From Trichoplax sp. H2 (taxonomy: Eukaryota): DNA of 20,000 nt. Position numbers and translations under genes: made by a program. The notes beneath the pieces were generated by a model, which was given only the letters and a program-made list of their open reading frames with translations, searched no databases and was not told where the DNA came from. Positions within the stretch are counted from its first letter, which is position 1; every line of letters starts with the position of its first letter. Location: the NCBI GenBank assembly GCA_003344405.1, contig NOWV01000202.1:113787-133786 (forward strand), given 5' to 3'. Of this stretch, positions 1-9,805 are shown piece by piece.

Positions 1-9
1 AATCAATCG

Positions 10-185
10 CTATGAAAGATACTTGACCAATTTTTGCTGTACAGTTTCTTTACAAAGAGTTAATCTCCTTAAATAGTCTTGGTAGATCAGCACATCGGAG
101 TAGTTAATGTCAATATTGATCGCCTGATTCTGTTCCATGTAAAGAAGAATGCGATGGATTAAACCACTCTTCTAATCTCTCAATG
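10..185 (-). other. Possible exon of a minus-strand gene at the left edge of the window
   Basis: Minus-strand acceptor ttgattttacAG (AG at 187-186) followed by a GC-richer segment. It contains an ATG at 138 opening 42 codons (MEQNQAINIDINYSDVLIYQDYLRRLTLCKETVQQKLVKYLS*). Another frame reads IERLEEWFNPSHSSLHGTESGDQY*. No recognised domain. Confidence 0.3.
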
Positions 186-1127
186 CTGTAAAATCAATAT
201 AAAGCGTTCATTAGGCCAGATTAATCCTTAGTTAAAATAAACAGAGATACTGTCCATATTGATAATCCAAACAGAACAAAGTAAACTCGGGTTACTAATA
301 TAATATTTTACAATTGGCAAATATAAAGCAATTTTAATGTACTTTTATTATTTCATGAACGGCTTCTTCACTATACTGTGAGCCTGTACTGTAATTTAGT
401 GATGACTCCAGCCTTTAATTTAGGCAAATTTATAAAAGCTTTTAGAAATTTTGAATCATTTTGTGTAGTATTAATTACGGCTATAATCAGTAGCCTATCG
501 AGATAGATTTTATTGGAGGCTCAGTGCAAATTTTGCTCTTATTTAGCGTTATTATTGCAAAAATCGCTTAATATATCCTTTATTATCAACTGATTCATGA
601 AGTAAAGTAACGTTAGTACTAGGAGGTTCCATCTAAATCTGCATCTATAAATCAGTGCAGGCTGCCTTATTATTTCTATTGACATAAATGTTTTATTAGC
701 TAAATTGATCGATCAACTTCATAAATAGTTTAGGTTTATTGCATGACGAAAGGTAATTAAGATCGTTTACAAATATTGGTTCCAACCATATCTTTCTATA
801 CCACCACGGATACTATCTACTATCGTAATAGCTTTTAGCGCAAATTATTCATAAAAGTATTTTCTCTATTTGCTAAAGATTAAGCTTGATAGGCCAAAAG
901 CAGAAGATAAAGTTAAATAATTGTATATAAATATATATTATGTGTAAAGGTTAAATTCAGGTCTATTTGACCTCATAAGGGTCATCAATGGTGACAAAGT
1001 TAACCATAAGTATTAAAGCTTGATTATATTTATTTGCGAAGGATAACTATATAAAAGCTAAATAATGGAAAAAGTATTTAATTAAATGCTAACATTTATT
1101 AAATAATGGATTAAATGACCATGACCT

Positions 1128-1562
1128 TGTCACAAACCAGCTTCGTGACAAGTATAACGTAAAACAAATCTCTAAATTACTATAGTCTCCGGGATTCAGT
1201 ATCCCTACTTACAAGAATTTAGACGCCTTTGATTCTACGTTAAAACAACTATACAATTGAGAACTGCTTTATTCAACTATCTGACGGGTTTATATACCCT
1301 TCTACAGCAGCTAACATTCACAAGTCATCTTATAAAAATACTTGGGTGAGAATATCTACTAACTAGTTTTTCACAGTCGGACTACAATATGTCCATTCAC
1401 AGAATCATTTCAGCACACATTACAGCACAGCAATAAATTTACTGTAACACATTTATAATTAGAGTAATTCCTATTGTAATTAACTAGTTGTAATATAATA
1501 TCACTATACTGTATTAACCAAATTTAGATATCTATTTCTTCACGGTAGTTCGTACCGTGACA
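1128..1562 (-). mobile_element. Solo LTR of an LTR retrotransposon (element 1, 435 bp)
   Basis: Inverted termini TGTCAC...GTGACA with a perfect 5-bp TSD GACCT (1123-1127 and 1563-1567). On the minus strand, TATATAAA (1289-1296) is followed 15 nt later by AATAAA (1268-1273), the U3-R-U5 layout. No internal ORF. Confidence 0.85.
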
Positions 1563-2587
1563 GACCTGTAAAGGGATTTCTTCTCAGAAAGATTTAGGTG
1601 TCATTGAATTAGAATCAAATTATCATAATTTCTTTTAAGTTCATACGCTGTAATAACCTGCATATTATAACAGATACTGAATCTTTATCAATAATTAACT
1701 TAAAGGCTATGAAATGATTATTTATACTAACTTTATCAGACATTGATTTCTTCCCCAAAACTGGTAACTGGAAAATTTGCTTCTGAAATTTACGGTTCTT
1801 GTACATCCTTAAGCAACTATCATAAATACAAACGAATTAACCTAGGTTTAAGATCCGTTTTAACTTATTAAAAATTTACATATTGAGTTCTTATTGCAAA
1901 TTTCCTTGCTACTATTGAGAAAATATGGTCATTTAGTCGCAGTCAGGGACTTCGCATTTATCTACGAATTAAAAAAATTTTAATCGTGACGTAACATGAA
2001 TTATTTTATGAAAACTAGGTACAATTTTCTCTCGTGTAACAATACTTCAGATACTTTCTAGCTGATAATTCATAACAACTGCTTCTATTGATTATAATTT
2101 TTGTTTCTTTAATTATTTTTTGATCTTAATCTTTGCATATGTATTAGGAACTATGAAAATAATTTACTATACTACCTTAATAGTTTCATGCTATCAATGC
2201 AGTAAGAAAATGTTTTAAAATTGAAGGATACAAACCATCTCAAGGTGACTGCTATAAATGGCTTACTTGATAAACCTTAAGTTTACTTTTCATGCCAATT
2301 CTATCAATGATACTGTACAGAAAGGGCCGAATAAGAATTATTAAGCAATTTGCAATTTTTAGAACGATATATTAATATTTAACTAAAATAATTCTAGTTT
2401 CAATGACAGTAAATTTATAGTACAATTTTCATCTGTAATAAAATCTTCCAATACGTAATATTGAATTGTTGTACTGTACATCATCGAAAGATGTCAGTTA
2501 ATTAGTGAGATGAGAGTATAATATGACGCTATTGATGTAATTCGATAACACCTTAGCTATATGGGCGATATCTGTCAAGAAAATTGT

Positions 2588-3174
2588 TGTCACAACCCTC
2601 ACGTGTGGCAAAGGAAAGTAAAGAACTCTAGTGTAGTTACTTAAAACTTGGGCTATTTCTCCCAGTACTTTCAGTTTCTATGAGAGAAGTATTTAAGAAC
2701 TCGATTTCTCGGCTGATCTCCACAGACAACTGACTAATTATTTCACTATTCTTCACGATATGAGTCTAGCCGTTTCTTGAGCAATTACTAACTTTATTCT
2801 ACAAACTCATGCGCTTAAATAGGTTTCTACAGTGAATTCCAATATTAACGAGTGAGAATTCATACTTTACAAGTTACATTAATTAGTATAATACCATTAC
2901 TAAATATGCTTGTCGATATTCTCAGACTTAGATAGCTACAAGCTATCAGGTGTTAAGACGCTTAACCTTCGTCCATATACGGCTCAATTTTTAGAGATTA
3001 ACACACCTTATAAACCTACAGTAAATTAACTGTTAACAACTTCTATTTCTATCTCACTTCTACCATCCTATTATCAGCTACAAGCGCATTAAATATAGCA
3101 GATAACCTTATCTTATCTATTCATAAGCATTCATTAATCAACAGTTATTTAATTAGTAACGGCGTACCGTGACA
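2588..3174 (-). mobile_element. Solo LTR-like element (element 2, 587 bp)
   Basis: Termini TGTCACAACC...CGTACCGTGACA are nearly the same as element 1. Minus-strand TATTTAA (~2815-2821) precedes AATAAA (2793-2798). A second copy at 19605 has homology starting exactly at the TG terminus. Flanks ATTGT/CATGT are not a clean TSD. Confidence 0.8.
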
Positions 3175-6100
3175 CATGTAAGAAGTAATCTTATGACATT
3201 GGATATAATACTAACGAACACTATCAAGCTGTGCAACAGCTACTGTTAGGAGAATAAATAAGCAAGCAATTTCCTTGCCTACGATATTGTAACTCTTTTA
3301 AGGCAAATGTCTCCTATCATTTAGTTTGATAGCTACTTGTATCCATCTCAGGCGATAATTAACGCAAGGTAAGAAAATATTGCTTAGATGCCTAAATTGC
3401 AGCCTATCACATCAAGTATCCTAGTTGGTATTAAAATATTGAAGGGATTGGATTAGTATCTGCTGCAATTTACGCGTTTAATCTAACTATAGTTCCAGCA
3501 AGTGGCCTGAGTTCTAACGAAAATTATATTCTTGAGTATACAGTGTAATACCAATTAGAGAGAGAAGAACAAATATAACATTAATCATTGATATAAGTAG
3601 ACGAGATCTTAGCGATATGGACGATTACTATCAAGAAAAATGTTATCGCATAAGAGAGTACTATAATCTTATGATATTATCCGATACTTATCAATACTCT
3701 TCGAAGGATGAATAAGCTATTTCCTTGCCCACATTATTCTAATTCATTAACAGTAAATGCCTCCAATCCAATCGCTTGATAACTACTCCTATCCATTTCA
3801 GCAGATACCACCATCAACATAAGATGAGAAAATGTGCCCTAAGTATTCAAATTAGAGCGAACTACATCCATATCTGTCATCCAAATATATGCATTCTTGC
3901 CAAAAAAAATCCACCATAGACATTTCCAGATATTTGCGTGGTCTTCTTATATCTTGAGCTATTTAATAAGATCAGTTTTCCATGGTAACTCGAAATCTTT
4001 TTCCTAACCTTCACGACTGAAACAATCTAGGCGGTCTCCATACGCGTAAAGGGTAAACTATAATTATTGAATTCTTTAATAGATAAACATGCAGTAAGCT
4101 ACCTGTGGCGATTTTAATTGATGCATCGTTTAAATTATTTTGATTGACTTAGCTTAATGAACGATTGTTAGCCAATCAGAGAAGATTTTATATCGTGAAT
4201 AAACTCAGAAATATTAATATTTATAGTAATCTGTTTAACATTTATAGAATCCATTGCGCTGTAATCGTTGAATCAATATCAATTACTCTACGCAAACTTT
4301 CACAACACTCCAAGAAAATGGTTCTTGACTGCCTAAAGATCTCTGATTTAATGCAGCAAGTAATGCAACTAGCGTTTATAAGACCTACTTTAAGTTTATT
4401 TAATTCGTTCACGCGATAATGATTCATTAATATTGTTTATGCCGGAAAATTGGGAATTCATGTCAAGGCGTATAGAACGAATTGCAAGAAACGGTGTATG
4501 CACGCACGTAGTCCCGCTTAAGTGTAACTAAGTATTTCAGTGATTTACATAAAAATTTATAACAGATCTGAAAAGAAAATTCTAATTAAAAATTAAAAAC
4601 CACGAATTAAATAAAATCGCTTAACACTGGTTTTAATTTGAATTAATAAGATAAGGGAATCAGTACCGCAATATTGTTCAGCCTTACACACCATGTTTTT
4701 CTGTAGTTTATAGGAAATGTTTATCAGTGATCATAAGCTGCTGTGCATGATCATTGGTACTGTAGAAGTCGACAAAATACTACTTATATTTTGCTTCAGA
4801 AAATTCAACTGTCAATTCTTAAAAAAAATGGGCTCGTAATAATACTGATTATAAATAAAGCTTGTTCGATATTTAGATTATAAATATTTATTTTCTAACC
4901 TCGCTACAAGTTCCAAGTTTATCTTAAATTGCTTCAGAATGGTTTTAATAAACTATAGGGAAACATGCTTCTAAAAATTAAAGAAATTTTATCCAGTTAC
5001 TGTAAATATTATCGATTTAGAACCGTAATATTAAAAATATTTCATATAGGATCATTTTCAATTGTAAGTGCTATATTAATTGAATCGTAATTAATTATCG
5101 CTCTTACACGCCTTTATGTGCAGAGCTGATGATGTCGATGCCCATCTCAAAATTTCCACCTTACTATCAAAAGTTTTAATTGTCCATAATACAGCAGCCG
5201 CAGGTCAAACTCGAATATAAGCTAAGCTATTGATAGTTTATTGATAAAATTAATAGAAAATATAACTGAAGAGTTAGGTTAGAGTCAGCATTATTATAAA
5301 AATATGAATTAAAGAAATGATTTAAATTACAATGCTTCCATAAATTGACATGCCTAAATACCAACTGTGTAGCAGCTTAGCTTGATTAATCTTCTGCATC
5401 AGATTATCTTGACAGATTACCAGGACTGAATCCTGTACCCCATTTCTCACTCAATCTTATTTGCTTCAGGCGATTAGAAAATACTGGACCATTTCAAAAC
5501 TGCTTGTCCCTCTCTTAATAATTACATGGTATTTAGATCATCTTAGGTTGTGATAAAGGTTTAAGAGCAGCAATCTAAATCCTGTTGTTTGTTCTTACAT
5601 CTGTAGCGAAAATAATTCCCCACATTTAGAAAGATATTGGTTACCGTATGGCCATATTCAACTTGGGCCTATATTTCGAGTAGTATATGAACGTTATCAT
5701 AGATTATAAACTAACATTTAAACGCAAGTATAATATTAATTTATTAATTGATTAAGTGTTAGTCTTATTCCAAAAATATAAGTATAATTACCAAAACAAC
5801 CATCTTTGATTAAGGTTCAGGAACTGTACATATAGTTTATAGGTATTTATGGACATTTCTGTGTATAAAATAATTGAATTGAGTCAAAATATTATATGCA
5901 AATATTAATTTATTAGAAATCAGTTTTGTTTAGCTGGATATCTTAACTCAAGGTGGTCTTAATCCAATTTTTAGTTTAATTCCTTATCATCATCGGTTAA
6001 GAAAGATGCAATGTAGGACCATATTTAAGATCATTGTGATACTCCGATAACCTAAAATTCTCTCTTTAGATGCATACTATGGATAAATTTGAAATTTCTT

Positions 6101-6699
6101 TGTGAAAGGAATCCTATCTAAATCCCAGTGATTGTTTGTATTTAAACTAAAGTACATAGCCAATGTAAAATAATAATTGAAAGAAAAGTAATGTCATCCA
6201 TTATTAATTAATGTTTACTATGAATTTCTTTAATAGTGTAACAGATAAAAACAAGATGCTGGATAAGAGCTCTTTTACAGGATTTGACTTTCTCTTGGAA
6301 AGTGGATTGCCGATAAATCGATTTAAAATTTATGTAAAGTGTCTTTAATTAAGATATTAAAACAAAACCTAGTATGCCTCGTAAAATTTCCGTTCATTAC
6401 ATAAACTTGGTTCGTCTGCAATACCAAGGGTATCTACCATAAATATACATTCATAAGTATCTAACTTATTACAACGAAATCATAGTTTCTATTAAATTGG
6501 TGGCAGGACTATTTTTTAGTGACTTAATGATATCTTGGCAATTAAGTAGCAGGATCAAGATAAGTTTATAATCGCCAGATCTGTTATTAACCTTTGCTTC
6601 TATTTAAAGTGTGACAGAGAATTCTTCATGATTCTAACTTACTATACGTAGCAAAATCGACTAGGGAAAATATCAGTTGTCAGAATACTTTAGCAGAAT

Positions 6700-7470
6700 C
6701 TAATTCTATCTTTTCGTCCCGATAATTATGATGCCGTGACAAAACCGCAATTGAAGTTCTGCCTTTTAGTTAATATTATTTTCATCTTATGGTATTTATT
6801 GAAGATGCAAGGGATAACGTTAGTATTAATTATCGAGATTTAGATATAGTTCTTTATTAGTGTAATTGTCTTAAAATAGTAACCTATGCTTGAATAACAA
6901 TGCATTTAAATTAACAGTATTGAAGGCCGTACAAGCTAAGCTGAATGAAAGTTAGCGAAGAGTTGTTGACTAAATTTGATCTTGCTATCTGTTAGTAACA
7001 TTTCGATATTGATTTAATCGTTGTTCAGGTACTCTGCTCGTTGATAACTTCTATTTTATAACTAATTAATTGAATACTTTGTCAGATCTAAAAGTCTGCT
7101 CGTTATTATTTACTTCATCTTAACAATTAAAATATTGTGGTAGCATTATTGCAATAAAGTATCTCAAAATATTGCTGACAGAACTTCAACTTCTTTTTAA
7201 CTACACTTTATTGCTTTACATAAATTGATTCGGCCACTAAATTTTCAATGCAAAATATCTATTAATATGTTTTAACATAATCTAGTTCTTTTTTCTTGTC
7301 ATGATAGTTCTGATGCTGTGACATAACCGCAACTGAAGTTCTGCCTTCAGTTAAAACATTACATTAGTTATATTGTGATAAAGTATCTGAAATTATTATG
7401 ATAAGAAGTTCAACCTTTTTCAACTATGCTTTTTTGCATTACATAATTTGATTTATCCACTAAATTACCA
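6700..7470. repeat. Interrupted tandem duplication (A1-spacer-B1-A2-B2)
   Basis: A cores 6730-6765 and 7312-7347 match at 33/36 nt. B blocks 7154-7243 and 7378-7466 are collinear (ATAAAGTATCT...TTCAAC...TTACATAA...CCACTAAATT). Confidence 0.8.
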
Positions 7471-8094
7471 AATTCTATCTACTAAGTACAACTGCTGAAC
7501 TTTATGGCATTTGGACTGCAGTGCAACAGTATGATATAAATTAATATTTGCTTTTGATAGACTAGAGTATCATTCTAGTTATGATAGCATACAATATGAC
7601 CGTAAGCTTTATTCACTTTGAAATGAAAATATATTTACTGCTTATAAAATCATTTAACCGAATAATCCAAGTTATCTATAAGAAATTTAATCTTTCTATA
7701 TGAGTTAATGAACTCAATCCGAATTAATTTTATACCATTAATGGTTACAGTAGTTTCTTCCAGAGAAAATGCTAGTACATTTCCTCGCTCATGATACTAA
7801 GCGCACTGATTTTATGAATAGGATATTTCAGTCTAATTTATGCGATCTATGCTACAATAATTTAGTAGTCAACAATAGAAAATAAATTTTAATGAAATTA
7901 TCACTTGCAGATAAATTGATAACAAAAAACGATATTGATGATTTCTGTCTTGATTTTCTACATACTTGTAGTACAGCCCACATTAACATTTACGATCAGA
8001 ATCATATGATTTTACTACAATAGTTCATATTGAACGTTTGATAGTAGGATTGAACTAGTGTCTATTCTTAATTGTTATTTGCGGTATATGTAAT

Positions 8095-8724
8095 TGTGAT
8101 AGTGTTATGTTCTGTATTAGAGTAGAAATATCTATGTTAGGATAATTCTGTTAGCCTATCCTTATTTAGTTAACTTCTAATTTGGATATACTGTATTTTA
8201 ATATAGCACTGACTTTTTATGACAGTGACACTTATACACATACTGAAATTAATAGTTATAATAGGGAATGCAAATCATCTACTTACAGTTCAAATTATTG
8301 TGATTGTAATATACTTATAGTAGATTGTAAATTATCATGGAAATGTTCCGTGATAGGACATATCGTAATCTGACTATTTTGTATTAGTCATTACATGTCT
8401 ATATTCGTAAATACTGTTGTCTGCATTAAGGGAGCAGTAGCTAAAATTAATACCTAATTCAGTAAATGATTCCAATGTTAATCGTATTAACTATAACTCA
8501 TGAACCATTGTGGAATAGTATATAAATGCAGTATATCGTGTAATAAAGTGGATTCTCAAACTTAGTGTTTAACGTAAAATACGAGGCGTTTAAGTCTTTG
8601 TGTAGTCTGCTAGTAGAGCAAAAGTGTTTATGATAGTGCAGATATCGTTCCTTGATACGTGGTTCAAGGAATTGGCTTATTGATCGTATATTACGTTATC
8701 TTGTTGCAAAGCTGTTTTGTGGCA
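8095..8724 (+). mobile_element. Solo LTR (element 3, 630 bp), diverged relative of element 1
   Basis: TGTGAT...GTGGCA termini with a perfect 5-bp TSD GTAAT (8090-8094 and 8725-8729). TATATAAA at 8519-8526, AATAAA at 8542-8547. Segments 8518-8600 and 8691-8724 align by eye with the minus strand of element 1 (e.g. TTACGTTATCTTGTTGCAAAGCTGTTTTGTGGCA vs TTACGTTATACTTGTCACGAAGCTGGTTTGTGACA). Confidence 0.78.
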
Positions 8725-8966
8725 GTAATCTACAGTTTGCAGCGGGAAAATATCAGGACCTTTACGTATTAAAGTATAGTGAAAATGATATTTAGCGTTA
8801 AGACATTGCGATAATGGACGTGTTACACAATGTTCTATGATCATGGAGATCTTGTGTTAGGGTATTGTGTAAACGTGGTTGTGACAAACTATAAATTAGA
8901 ATTAGATCCACTACCATAATCATAAACATGGTAAAATAATATTATTTTTCTCGCACCAGCAATACA

Positions 8967-9315
8967 TAAAGTAAAAATATTTGAATTAAACTAAAATCCA
9001 TCACGCTTCAGAGAAAGATGATGATTTATATGAATGATTGACGGCACGATTTAGTTATATTGTTAGCCTTAATAGAATTCTACAATTTCTTGAACATAAA
9101 TTCAATCGATCCACGTTATTATGGATTATAAGCACCGATAGTACCTAAAGTGAAAATATCTATTTTAAAAATAAAGTCCATCACGTTCTAGAGAAAGATG
9201 ATAATTTACTATGAATGATTGACGGCGTTATTTAGTAACATTGTTCGCCTCAATTGTATTCTAAGATTTCTTGAATAAAAATTCAATCGATCTACGTTAT
9301 CACGGATTGTTAGTC
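8967..9315. repeat. Two-copy diverged tandem repeat, period ~180 bp
   Basis: Copies at ~8967-9135 and ~9146-9315 share collinear blocks TCCATCACG, AGAGAAAGATGAT, TATGAATGATTGACGGC, ATTTCTTGAA, AAATTCAATCGATC and ACGTTAT. Confidence 0.9.
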
Positions 9316-9687
9316 AATAAAGAAATCTTGTATGTGTAAATAACGCTTGAACTAACAAAAAATAGAATAGGAGAATAAAAGCTTTAATTAAAGCTTTAAG
9401 AATGTCTAAACAATGGTTAATCAAGATAATCAATAGTCTATCTAAGCGAATACCTTAGCTTAATAACTGCTGCAACAAAAGGTCATCTGTTATTTCTATT
9501 TATTTTATAGAATATGATTATCTCTATCTCAATTAAGATAAGGTAAATTAGAATAATTTATAATGGTAATGAGTGTGCGATAGCGAATTAGCGTCTTGCT
9601 TGATCATATCGTGAACTGCTGTTATTAGTCATATAGAAAATAAATCGCTATCCTGAAGTTTTTTTATCTACTTTTCTAGCCATAGAC

Positions 9688-9805
9688 CCAATCGGATGAC
9701 GTCAAGTCGATGAAATAAACAACAAATCAGTCCAAGTATGCATAAAAAATTCCTTCCTATTCATTATTATAATAAATCCATTCCTTCATATCCTTTAAAT
9801 ATAAA
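9688..9805 (+). promoter_or_regulatory. Candidate Pol II promoter: CCAAT box, full CRE and TATA
   Basis: CCAAT at 9688-9692, palindromic TGACGTCA at 9697-9704 and TATAAA at 9800-9805, followed ~30 nt later by a short GC-richer patch. Motif match only. Confidence 0.3.

Noticed and set aside
3720..4050. GC-richer minus-strand segment with faint Tc1-like wording (VVSAEMDRSSYQAI)
   Set aside because: Multiple stops and no clear DDE motif. It cannot be supported without a profile search.
5330..5700. Possible decayed transposase or integrase fragment on the minus strand (VLKWSSIF*SPEANKIE; NGPVF)
   Set aside because: The resemblance to WPxxSPDLNPIE or DNGPQF is loose, the spacing is wrong, and all frames have stops.
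8182..8373. 63-aa Cys-containing ORF
   Set aside because: Non-ATG start, lies within the U3 region of solo LTR element 3, and has no recognisable domain.
8967..9315. CRISPR-like array
   Set aside because: Only two long diverged units, no identical short repeats with unique spacers, no cas genes, and a eukaryotic context.
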